A stretch of 64,000 bases of DNA, from IMG/VR virus record IMGVR_UViG_3300007513_000026, positions 8,531-72,530 of that record; one strand, 5' to 3'. This document shows, piece after piece, positions 19,017 to 27,508 of this stretch (the first letter of the stretch is position 1; each line of letters opens with the position of its first letter). The notes beneath the pieces were generated by a model, which saw nothing but the letters and a program-made list of their open reading frames with translations, was not told where the DNA came from and searched no databases. The position numbers were made by a program, and so were the translations under genes. The DNA is from a virus.

Positions 19017-19918
19017 TCTTCGTCGCTTATCTCATCAATCAAAGTTTTAATATCCAGTCCCGCGCAATCAATCTTGCGCTTGCTGCAATGATAATGACTC
19101 ACGATACCAGCGTACTTGCCATACACCACATCTTGGATGTACTTTGTTTCTGTCTTGCCGAATTGACTAAGTGGTGTTTGAAACTCCACATTGGTGACGG
19201 CTTCAATAGCTTTCCATAAAGCTTTAGCTGCTTCTATCTGGATGGGATAGAACCCCAGGAAAGGATCCAGTTGGTTGCCGTGGACCCATGCACCTTCTAC
19301 CATCGGGCGCTTACCATGGCCGTTTCTCTCATACCAGTCCTGGTACTTGGGGTAGTATGCGTTTGTCATCTCGACCCCCACCGACGCACGATTGACGCGG
19401 CTTGTTCCTGCATGCCAGGCGCCATGTTGCATGTCCATCGTCTGATAGATGGTACCATCGTTGTCAATCATAAAGTGTACAGAGATACCGCGCTTGTTCA
19501 AAACGTCGTTGCAACGCCGAGAACTCAAGCACACGTCCCAGTGGTTTACGAAGAGGCGAATGTTGCGTTGGGGGCGGCCGCTGTAATCGTAGTAGTTACC
19601 TGCCTTTGCGGCTAGTCCGTTCTGTTCTGACCAGAGAACCACCTTGTCCCATTTAATAGGAATGAACGAGCTATTGTATACGAGGTAACTGGAGTATTGG
19701 ATAGGGTAAGGTTTATGTTCATCGATGCTTTCTTGTCTCGATGTCCAAATGCGCCGGTATGTGGCTGGACCGCAGAGACCATCGGCGGTTAGACCGTGCG
19801 CCTTCTGCCACTTCTTGATAGCCCTCACTAGCTTCTCATCAAAGTACCTTTCGCCAAACCAAGACGGCTCCCAGCCCAATTGCGTAGCCGACGCCTGGTT
19901 GTAAAAATCCTTATCCAT
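19013..19918 (-). CDS. Endolysin: peptidoglycan-binding domain plus N-acetylmuramoyl-L-alanine amidase
   Basis: WQKAHGLTADGLCGPAT PG-binding motif; NHWD, SVHFMID..G.IYQ, AWHAG, SVGVE, SHYH. Confidence 0.9.
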   Translation of the reverse strand: MDKDFYNQASATQLGWEPSWFGERYFDEKLVRAIKKWQKAHGLTADGLCGPATYRRIWTSRQESIDEHKPYPIQYSSYLVYNSSFIPIKWDKVVLWSEQNGLAAKAGNYYDYSGRPQRNIRLFVNHWDVCLSSRRCNDVLNKRGISVHFMIDNDGTIYQTMDMQHGAWHAGTSRVNRASVGVEMTNAYYPKYQDWYERNGHGKRPMVEGAWVHGNQLDPFLGFYPIQIEAAKALWKAIEAVTNVEFQTPLSQFGKTETKYIQDVVYGKYAGIVSHYHCSKRKIDCAGLDIKTLIDEISDEE

Positions 19919-19932
19919 TCTGTATGTTTCCT

Positions 19933-20208
19933 TTAGACAATTCCTATAACATAATTATCCAGGATTACATTAAACTTCCCTTTGGGAGTGGTAATTTCTT
20001 CCACCATGCTGCGATCAACTATAATTTCGCAGTTTTCTGTGAGGAGTTCTGCGAACCGAACATCCTCTGACCACGCTAACACCGTAGTCGTAAGGTGGCT
20101 GTCTTTGGTTGGTGCATAGTCATCTGGCAGAACGATGCCAGACGCTCTCTCGGCTGGCTTCGCTTCGGCCACATTAATGTGAATGTACCGATTAACAGGT
20201 TTAAACAT
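19933..20208 (-). CDS. groES: Co-chaperonin GroES-like
   Basis: Restarted at ATG 20208: MFKPVNRYIHI...ASGIVLP...VIGIV, 91 aa. Confidence 0.75.
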   Translation of the reverse strand: MFKPVNRYIHINVAEAKPAERASGIVLPDDYAPTKDSHLTTTVLAWSEDVRFAELLTENCEIIVDRSMVEEITTPKGKFNVILDNYVIGIV

Positions 20209-20431
20209 CTCCCACCTCTCGCGAAAGAATGTTTTGTTGAGTCTTGTATTCTTCTCTCGTGAGAAAAATATCCTCCTTACATTCACACCTTTTGCAATAC
20301 ATGGAAACACAAATGTTATCTCCGCTAGTAGCCCACACGCGACCAGTAGGGCTCCAATGACATTCGCTCAAGTTTCTCTTCTTGCATATTGTTTTCTTTC
20401 TCTTGTCTTCTATCAAATAATTAAAGTTCAT
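20201..20431 (-). CDS. Small Cys-rich hypothetical protein
   Basis: 76 aa with C..CH and CKRC; GAGG SD. Confidence 0.55.
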   Translation of the reverse strand: MNFNYLIEDKRKKTICKKRNLSECHWSPTGRVWATSGDNICVSMYCKRCECKEDIFLTREEYKTQQNILSREVGDV

Positions 20432-20440
20432 CCTTACCTC

Positions 20441-22408
20441 TTAGATTGTACACGACTCACCATCACAAAATTTAGTTCCACTTCCCTGTTCATCAGTTTT
20501 AAATCTATGAATTGGGCTAATGCTCTTTATGACCTTCTCGTATTCTTTTTGAGTAATAGGTTCATACGGAGCTTGTTTATATCCGGTCTCCTCATACTTC
20601 AAAAAAGAAACAGCCTTCAGCCTAGTTTCATACATTTCAAGTGCATACTTTAATTGCGATGCTTCCTCGGGTTTAAAAGTCACAGTGACCGACACAGAGT
20701 TATCGGCCCAGTAATACTGATACTGGGCGGCAATCTCTAGTTGCTCCCACATGCTGACATCTTGTTTGCTTTTCACGAAGTAAGGCTCGTGAACTGGAAA
20801 CTCAACTACAACAGTGTTGGGGGAGTACGCGTCGTCCTCCATATTATAACCCGCTTCACGCAAAGTGTCAAGCAATTGTGAACCTTTAGAGAATCGAATA
20901 CGACGAATATAGTATTCGCTCTCGGGGAAATGAATCCCTGGTGTTGAGCCATTCAGCAGCGAGACAGTGCCCGAAGGTTTAATTGAGGTTGTACGCACAG
21001 ACTTTGGAATACACAGCCAGTTAGAATACTCTTCATCCAACTCAGCGATATAGTCATAAGCCTGGTTGCACCAGCTATACAGAGTACGGCGGCCAAACTT
21101 ATTGAACGCCTGGACAACGCCAGACTGTGACAGTCCGATGCGTCGGTTCTTCAACATCTTTGCGTTGGTCTCTGGCCAGTGTGTGTTAGAGAGTGTAATA
21201 GTTTTCCCATAAAGGTACGCGATCTTCAGCGTCTTACGGTAATCTTCGAAGTCTTCATGCTTAGCTGGAAAGGTTTCGACCAGGCAGCATAGCTCTGCGT
21301 CTTCTAACTGTTGTTCGACGCAAGGATTAAAGCCGGCAACGTTTATATCATCGAGACGTTCGCCATCCTTGAAGCGGCCACGGGTGCGTGCGTTGTCAAG
21401 CCAAATGTATCCTGGCTCTCCGTTCTTCTGGCTCTGCTCTGCATGCCAGGTATAGTCCATTCCCACTACGGCGTTGAAAGAATTGTTAGAACCCCACCGA
21501 TGATGATAGAGTTTCTCTTGATCGTTCTTCATCTCCAAATAATACATGTCGTCATACTTGCCCATGGCCAATGCGGCTGAGCGGCGAACGTTTCCTGCCA
21601 CCACGCAACGACCGATGAGGTTCTCTGTGTCAACAATGTCCACAGACGTGATGGTCTCACCAATCTTGGATGTATACATTTCTGTGAGATTTTCATGCAG
21701 TTCTTTAAGGGGATCTGGTCCGCTAGATGTTCCACCAAATCCGTGGATGGGTGCACCCAAGGGGCGGATAGCAGAATAGTCAAATCTGGGAATTTTTTGG
21801 CCGAAAAAAAATCCGTCCAACAACATATGAACCGAATTAACCCAACCCTCTCGGGAGTCATCAATCACATGAAGGTCGTTTGTGTATTGGGGTTCTTCGA
21901 TAGTGATGGTGCCGGCTCCCTCTGTGTCGAACCCTACGCCGATGCCCACCATTAACGCGTCCATCATCCACGAAAACAGATAGCCTCCCTTCGTTGAAAG
22001 ATCGCGAGTGGATCTGAACGCACAGTTAAACAGTCCTGCTGCAGTACGTTCCTCCACAAACTTGGTGCCCATCATCCAGAGCCCTCGTCCTGGTGGTGTC
22101 CACTTCAAATTAAACAAACGGTCATAGGCATCCTTTGCGGTTGCCTGCGCCTTGTTGTCGATCCATTCGAGCCCCAACAAGAAAACATGCTGCTTCTGCA
22201 TGTTGAACATGCCTTCGATGACACGGCGACAGGTCTGCCACCACTCCTCGGTGCCGGTGGCCTCCGGATCAAACTCGCTTAAGCGGCGAGCATAGGTGCG
22301 CTTAAACGTCACATATCCCAATGGACCCCATGGTACCTCTTGGGTTTTATAGGGTTCGATAAATGTATCTGATAAGCGGAAGCGGCGGATGTTCTGTAGG
22401 GTTCTCAT
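20441..22408 (-). CDS. nrdJ: Class II (B12-dependent) ribonucleoside-triphosphate reductase
   Basis: KRTYAR, PPGRGLW, FNCAF, GNVRRSA, FNPCVEQ, TSIKPSGT, terminal CDGESC. Confidence 0.94.
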   Translation of the reverse strand: MRTLQNIRRFRLSDTFIEPYKTQEVPWGPLGYVTFKRTYARRLSEFDPEATGTEEWWQTCRRVIEGMFNMQKQHVFLLGLEWIDNKAQATAKDAYDRLFNLKWTPPGRGLWMMGTKFVEERTAAGLFNCAFRSTRDLSTKGGYLFSWMMDALMVGIGVGFDTEGAGTITIEEPQYTNDLHVIDDSREGWVNSVHMLLDGFFFGQKIPRFDYSAIRPLGAPIHGFGGTSSGPDPLKELHENLTEMYTSKIGETITSVDIVDTENLIGRCVVAGNVRRSAALAMGKYDDMYYLEMKNDQEKLYHHRWGSNNSFNAVVGMDYTWHAEQSQKNGEPGYIWLDNARTRGRFKDGERLDDINVAGFNPCVEQQLEDAELCCLVETFPAKHEDFEDYRKTLKIAYLYGKTITLSNTHWPETNAKMLKNRRIGLSQSGVVQAFNKFGRRTLYSWCNQAYDYIAELDEEYSNWLCIPKSVRTTSIKPSGTVSLLNGSTPGIHFPESEYYIRRIRFSKGSQLLDTLREAGYNMEDDAYSPNTVVVEFPVHEPYFVKSKQDVSMWEQLEIAAQYQYYWADNSVSVTVTFKPEEASQLKYALEMYETRLKAVSFLKYEETGYKQAPYEPITQKEYEKVIKSISPIHRFKTDEQGSGTKFCDGESCTI

Positions 22409-22410
22409 GT

Positions 22411-23799
22411 TTAAATTCCTTTCTTCTTAAGTTTCGTATATTTTCTTTGTAGTAATTCCTTCTGCATGGATGGATCGAGAGTCACTGGGTTAAGAGGCAC
22501 CTTTCCATTTTGCATGTGAGGATTATTTTTGGGCAGGATTCTAATCTTTACGTTAGAGGTGTCCATAAGTATGGGATAAATCATACCGTCTGGCCCATTT
22601 CTGTTTTTCGCTATAAAAATCTTTCCTAAGTTCTTTTGTTTATCCTCGATTGTTCTCGATACCGAGAAGATAAAGTCAGCCACAAAGCACTTATTAAATG
22701 CTTCGGAGATTTGTTCCATGGTGATCACTTCAGCATTTAAGCCAGAGCGATTTGTTTGAGACGCTGTCCAAATAGGACAACTAAACTCCGTGGACAGAGA
22801 ACGCAGTTCTTCATAAATTGATTCCAGTTCGTTGCGCTTTTCTTTGCGCGCCTGTACGGGCTTAAGCAAGTCCGCATAATCCACCACAATCATTCCTGGC
22901 TTAATCCCACGCTTTACCAGACGCGATAGATGTGCGCGGATGGTATTAGTGGAAGCCGACTTGGTGGGATATTCTTTAATGATCAGAGAGCCTGGCAGAG
23001 ATTTGACTTCATCATAAACTTCTTCCTTGAAATTAATAATATCAGAAAGCGGATAGCCTGTTAAGCAACTATCGTAGCGATTTGCAATAACTGTGTCTTG
23101 TAGTTCCAAAGTGTAATGGATAACTGTCTTTCCGTCTTTTAGTGCTTCGGTGCCTAGATGCACCAATACCATTGACTTGCCCGCGCCCGTTGGAGCAATG
23201 ACGACGCCCAGTTCGCTCTTCCCTAAGCCACCACCACACAGGTTGTCCATGTCAGACCAACCAGTAGAAACAGGATTACGATGCTTGGGAACAAACCTCT
23301 TCTCGAAGTCTGCCACGTAATCATAACCAAAATTGTTTTCGGACCCCAGCTTAAGTGCGTCATTGATCGTCTTAGATATCTCATCGAAAGAACAGTTCTG
23401 CAAAAGGTTTACTGACTTAAGCATGGCCTCTTTAAGGTTTTGCTTGCGGCAGAAATCCAACGAGGCTTCTTTGATGTAGTCGATGTCTGTGAGTTCTCGG
23501 TTATGAATCCGGTGAAAGTAATCTCTCACCTGCTGTTGCACCACCTCGTCTTCGTTTTCTAACTCGGTGCGCAGGATGGTCATCACGGCTTCAACCGATG
23601 GGTGCTTGTTGTACTTCGCGCGATAAGAAATGATCTTATGCACAAACACCTTCAAATATTCTAGCTCTAAAAATCTGATGTCTAGTACTTCTGTGATTTG
23701 ATCAGCGAATGGCCGGTCCTCAAAAATTAATTGTACGAGTCCTTCTTGAAAAGCTTTTCCATACCTTCCAAAATTCGCGCTTTCAGCGGTTGCTAACAT
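22411..23799 (-). CDS. Replicative DNA helicase (DnaB/gp41-like)
   Basis: APTGAGKS Walker A, YTLEL, VVDYADL, WTASQTNR, AKNRNG. Confidence 0.93.
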   Translation of the reverse strand: MLATAESANFGRYGKAFQEGLVQLIFEDRPFADQITEVLDIRFLELEYLKVFVHKIISYRAKYNKHPSVEAVMTILRTELENEDEVVQQQVRDYFHRIHNRELTDIDYIKEASLDFCRKQNLKEAMLKSVNLLQNCSFDEISKTINDALKLGSENNFGYDYVADFEKRFVPKHRNPVSTGWSDMDNLCGGGLGKSELGVVIAPTGAGKSMVLVHLGTEALKDGKTVIHYTLELQDTVIANRYDSCLTGYPLSDIINFKEEVYDEVKSLPGSLIIKEYPTKSASTNTIRAHLSRLVKRGIKPGMIVVDYADLLKPVQARKEKRNELESIYEELRSLSTEFSCPIWTASQTNRSGLNAEVITMEQISEAFNKCFVADFIFSVSRTIEDKQKNLGKIFIAKNRNGPDGMIYPILMDTSNVKIRILPKNNPHMQNGKVPLNPVTLDPSMQKELLQRKYTKLKKKGI

Positions 23800-23819
23800 G
23801 TATGCCCTCTTTATAGTGT

Positions 23820-23848
23820 ATTATAACAGCTTAACGATAAACTGTCAA
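23820..23848 (-). promoter_or_regulatory. Sigma70-type promoter
   Basis: Exact TTGACA-17-TATAAT. Confidence 0.85.
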
Positions 23849-24840
23849 TCTTTATCGCCTGTGTTGCAGTTGTAGGTGATGCGATTTAAATTAGTTCGCA
23901 GGTCTTCCCAATTAAGTTCCCCAAACCCATCTTCTCTCATCATCCGTATAACTTCAGTTTTATTAAACGTGCACTCGAAGCCCTCCACTGCCTCTTTAAC
24001 CGTCATTTTAGATTGAAAAGACATCTGAGGAGCGTACAATTGCATCATGCTATAATTATGTTCGATGACTTCCTTTCCCTCCAGAATATTAGAAAAGAAT
24101 TTGAGTTTACTGTTTGTTTTCTCACAAAAATCTATAACCTCTTGAATTGTATAAGATTTCTCAGCCGACAAAAAATTAAGTCTTTTTGCTACCGTCGCAA
24201 ACCCGGCGCCCTTGATACCTGGGAGATTATCTGAAGAGTCTCCAATGATCGCACGGGCCAATGCCATGTTGGTTGGGTGTACGCCGGTGCGCTCAACAAT
24301 GCGACTTTTGTTTAACAGTTCGTTCTGGGTAGGCCGAAGCAACACTGTCTCTTCATCGCATAGTTGCATGAAATCCTTATCATTAGATACAATAACCTTT
24401 TGCCATCCCTTGTAGTAATCCATCTGGGTCACATAAGCAATCACATCATCAGCTTCGATCTCTGGAAGGATTGTTTGCACAATGGGCATCTCATTCAGAT
24501 ACTCCATGATGCGCGTTTGTTGCCACATTTTATTTTTAAGCTCTTCATCCTCTGTCAAGTTATGGAAAGCCCGATTCAAACGCAAAGGTTTGCGTCCTGC
24601 TTTATAATTCTTGTCCATAGTTTTGCGCTTCTGGGAACCATTCGGCCCATCCCAACAAATAATAATCTCGTCAGGTTTGGTTTCTCGCACAAGCTTCTGA
24701 AGGATTTTAATGAATCCTTTTAAACCTCCGATGGGCTGACCATTTGAGGACAAACTCGGATCTACAATGTAAGCTCGTAGATAGGCGTTCAGCGCATCAA
24801 TAATCAGTACTCTTTTCATTTTTCTCTCCTGTGTCGTCAC
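23845..24840 (-). CDS. 5'-3' exonuclease / flap endonuclease (T4 RNase H or PolI N-terminal-like)
   Basis: LIIDALN, WDG, YKAGR, EADDVIA, SNDKDF, GDSSDNLPGI. Confidence 0.93.
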   Translation of the reverse strand: MTTQERKMKRVLIIDALNAYLRAYIVDPSLSSNGQPIGGLKGFIKILQKLVRETKPDEIIICWDGPNGSQKRKTMDKNYKAGRKPLRLNRAFHNLTEDEELKNKMWQQTRIMEYLNEMPIVQTILPEIEADDVIAYVTQMDYYKGWQKVIVSNDKDFMQLCDEETVLLRPTQNELLNKSRIVERTGVHPTNMALARAIIGDSSDNLPGIKGAGFATVAKRLNFLSAEKSYTIQEVIDFCEKTNSKLKFFSNILEGKEVIEHNYSMMQLYAPQMSFQSKMTVKEAVEGFECTFNKTEVIRMMREDGFGELNWEDLRTNLNRITYNCNTGDKD

Positions 24841-24985
24841 AGATTATGTTACCGCTCTCGTCAAGCGGCGGAAATTCTTCGTGTCCGGTATCACTTGGAC
24901 ACCAGCAGTTGGGTCCGCCAGGACATTGATTGTTGAGGGGATTAAGCCCCATCTCACATGCCCAAAGCAACACCCATATAATCAC
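24797..24985 (-). CDS. Small putative lipoprotein
   Basis: Short hydrophobic N-terminus ending LWAC; Cys-rich; DTG motifs. Confidence 0.45.
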   Translation of the reverse strand: MIIWVLLWACEMGLNPLNNQCPGGPNCWCPSDTGHEEFPPLDESGNIICDDTGEKNEKSTDY

Positions 24986-25025
24986 AAAAACCTCCCGATC
25001 AGTTTTATTATAACCAATCGGGAGG
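24986..25025 (-). terminator. Intrinsic terminator overlapping a promoter
   Basis: CCTCCCGATTGGTT / AACTGATCGGGAGG stem followed by TTTTT on minus strand. Confidence 0.7.
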
Positions 25026-25035
25026 CTTAAGTCAA
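25007..25035 (-). promoter_or_regulatory. Sigma70-type promoter
   Basis: TTGACT-17-TATAAT. Confidence 0.7.
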
Positions 25036-25052
25036 GTGTTAACTAAATTATT

Positions 25053-25313
25053 TTAGAGATGGATACTGATCTCCCAGTGTCCCCGGATCCACCGACCGCT
25101 CAGCCAGTGGCCACGTTTCCAGATCCACACAACGCCATCATGATCAGCATAATACTTGTGACCGTCGTGGCGATAAGGGCGAGGCTTAGGTCGCGGGGCG
25201 GGTCGCACATGATGGTGCTTCGGTGGTGGTGCGGGCTTCGCGTGCCTGTGCTTGTGGTGTGCATCTGCAGTTTGCATACCTGCTAAAAACATTAGCATAA
25301 ACAAATTTGTCAT
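25053..25313 (-). CDS. Secreted His/Pro-rich protein with YXWGXW-like repeats
   Basis: Signal peptide ending ADA; WIWKRGHW / WIRGHW. Confidence 0.6.
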   Translation of the reverse strand: MTNLFMLMFLAGMQTADAHHKHRHAKPAPPPKHHHVRPAPRPKPRPYRHDGHKYYADHDGVVWIWKRGHWLSGRWIRGHWEISIHL

Positions 25314-25330
25314 TTTAAATTTCTCCTAGA

Positions 25331-26482
25331 TTAATCTTTAAGAGGTACTGTCAAATCTTCAGGCTCTGAATAAAATGCGTCAGCATTTCCTTCGCGGCGA
25401 TCAAACTTCTGAACAATCTCCTCATCCATTAGACGTATGACATGCTCTTTAAATTCAATGTCAGATGTAATTAGTTGTGACCACTTTGAAGGTTGAAACT
25501 TTTTCGTATATCCCTCGGGCATCGTGAGTGTGTACCACGCACCTGCGCTGGTAAGACATTCGGATCCCTTGATTGCATCAAACCAGCTTTCTTCGTCTCG
25601 AATGCCAATCTCCTCCGTACCCCAGAGGATGCGGAAAGCGCATGAACGCCCTTGTGTTCCGAAGCGCGACTTCTCCAGCTTGCACTTCACCTCGGATCCG
25701 ATCCGGAAACCTTTGTCGTCTTCAATGAAAGATGCCTTAGACTTACGACCGGTCAACCAGATGCGAAGAGAATATGAATAGTGCATAGCCTTCCCGCCTG
25801 GTGTGGTGTAGGGTGTTGTCATCGCAACAATGCGAGCGTTCGGCCCTTGAGGGATGTTGGTCTTCAACTGATTAAGAACAATCAGCGTAGCTTGCCTATC
25901 AGCGATAGGAATAACCAGCTTAGACATTCCCTTTGCGAGGATGCGTGCCTTCACTGCCATCGAAGACTGCGGGTTAAAGTCACCTTCTACGTCTGAGACA
26001 GACGGAGTGAATGCCAGAGAGTCCCAGATAAAAACCAATTGATCTTCAGTGGCGCCCAGCAACTCTTCGATTGTCTCCAAGACGAACTCGACAGACGATG
26101 CTTGGACGTACATTAAACGGGCCAGGTCGCACCCTGTTCGCTCCAAAAAGCTTGGGTCGATAGCTGACTCGGAATCAAAATATACAACAAGCTTGCCCTG
26201 TTTCTGGGCGTTTGCAGCGACTTGTGCTGCCATGTATGACTTGCCTGTAGACTCTAAGCCTGCGATTTCTGTAACCTTTCCGACAGGAATGCCTCCCATT
26301 TGGCCTTTGCAGATGATTGAGTCCAGCCAGCGTGAGCCGGTGGGAATCCACTCCTTGACAGCCGTGGGGTTATCACCCGTTAGATCATGCGCAACGTTGC
26401 GGCCCGCCTTCTTGTTGACGAGCTTCATTAGGTCTTGGATTGCTACGCGTCCTGCTTTTGCGGATTGTGCTTTTCTTGCCAT
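25331..26482 (-). CDS. recA: RecA/UvsX-like recombinase
   Basis: GLESTGKS Walker A, YFDSE, WDSLA, LNQL, TPGGKA; start moved to ATG 26482 after GGAG SD. Confidence 0.93.
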   Translation of the reverse strand: MARKAQSAKAGRVAIQDLMKLVNKKAGRNVAHDLTGDNPTAVKEWIPTGSRWLDSIICKGQMGGIPVGKVTEIAGLESTGKSYMAAQVAANAQKQGKLVVYFDSESAIDPSFLERTGCDLARLMYVQASSVEFVLETIEELLGATEDQLVFIWDSLAFTPSVSDVEGDFNPQSSMAVKARILAKGMSKLVIPIADRQATLIVLNQLKTNIPQGPNARIVAMTTPYTTPGGKAMHYSYSLRIWLTGRKSKASFIEDDKGFRIGSEVKCKLEKSRFGTQGRSCAFRILWGTEEIGIRDEESWFDAIKGSECLTSAGAWYTLTMPEGYTKKFQPSKWSQLITSDIEFKEHVIRLMDEEIVQKFDRREGNADAFYSEPEDLTVPLKD

Positions 26483-26624
26483 TAACTTCTCCTTTTGGCT
26501 GTAAAAGTTTCTTATGTCTTGCACAATAATTGTGCTTACGATTGCATGTTTTAGATCGGCAAGGATTCTCGGTGTAGTATCCACCACAATCGAGATGTCC
26601 TAAGATCTTGTTCCACTTATTCAT
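26385..26624 (-). CDS. Small basic Cys/His protein overlapping the recA start
   Basis: C..C..C..YCARH pattern; GAGG upstream; TTGACA-17-TAACAT promoter at 26631-26659. Confidence 0.4.
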   Translation of the reverse strand: MNKWNKILGHLDCGGYYTENPCRSKTCNRKHNYCARHKKLLQPKGEVNGKKSTIRKSRTRSNPRPNEARQQEGGPQRCA

Positions 26625-26638
26625 TCTACTATGTTACC

Positions 26639-27508
26639 TCAAACAGGGCTGTTTGTCAAGTTCGTAATAATGATTTCTGAGGATTCTTTTGATTTGTTCA
26701 TTCCATAAGTCCATTCAGCATCATAAATCTTATAGTCTCGATATAAAGATCTGATCTCTTCACAGTTATTATAAGATAAGATCCAGTTCTTTCTCTCACG
26801 CAAAATAGAGAACAAAGCCAGATGCGGAAAGCATCTATGCATATCCCCCTCATCCCCATAGAGACTGTTCCTGGTACCCTCTAAAAAATAAGGTGGATCC
26901 AAGTAAAAAAGACAGTCATGCTTCTTCATTGCATATTTAAAATCGGCATGCCTAACGATAAGATTTTGAACTTGAAAGTTTCGTATATATTCTATTTGCT
27001 GATCGGTAAACCTAGCATATGAAGCCCTCTCTGAAAAACCCCCACCAAAGGTCGCCCCTGAAAAACTGCTACGATTAATAGCATAAACCTTCGCTGCGGC
27101 CTCAAATGTGAAAGGGTGGTTTGCCCGCAGAGCAAATCTTATCTCCTCTCTAAATCTTATGAAATCCTTTTTAGGAAGCCCTCGGGCTGAGATTTTGATT
27201 TCCTCATACGGGTTACCGGTTTTCTTGTTGGTTCCGGGTTTCGTATATTTGTATGTTTTGCGGCGACGGTACATCTCCGCCAAGGTTGCCAGACGATTAG
27301 GATCTTTTAACAGAGCGGTCCAAAACCAGATCAAAGGCTTGAATCCGTCATAAGCATGTACGGTTATTCCCTTCTCGGCCAAAGCAAGTTCAAACGAACC
27401 ACCCCCGAGAAAGGGGGAGCAAAGCTCCCCACAATCATCGGGAATAAATTCCATCAACGTCTTAACCGCGCGAGATTTACCGCCAGGGTAACGCAGTGGT
27501 GATTTCAT
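26639..27508 (-). CDS. dam: Dam-like D12-class N6-adenine DNA methyltransferase
   Basis: SPLRYPGGKS, PFLGGGS, NRSSFSG, YLDPPY. Confidence 0.92.
   Translation of the reverse strand: MKSPLRYPGGKSRAVKTLMEFIPDDCGELCSPFLGGGSFELALAEKGITVHAYDGFKPLIWFWTALLKDPNRLATLAEMYRRRKTYKYTKPGTNKKTGNPYEEIKISARGLPKKDFIRFREEIRFALRANHPFTFEAAAKVYAINRSSFSGATFGGGFSERASYARFTDQQIEYIRNFQVQNLIVRHADFKYAMKKHDCLFYLDPPYFLEGTRNSLYGDEGDMHRCFPHLALFSILRERKNWILSYNNCEEIRSLYRDYKIYDAEWTYGMNKSKESSEIIITNLTNSPV

Noticed and set aside
20209-20310. N-terminal extension of ORF 19933..20310
   Set aside because: Overlaps the upstream gene; GroES similarity and an SD begin at ATG 20208
13591-26482. Inteins or introns in dnaE, nrdJ, helicase or recA
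   Set aside because: Protein lengths are ordinary, with no intein C/S...HN ends or homing endonuclease motifs; the dnaE PHP insertion is short
26483-26587. Extended recA N-terminus
   Set aside because: GGAG SD precedes ATG 26482; the extension has no RecA character
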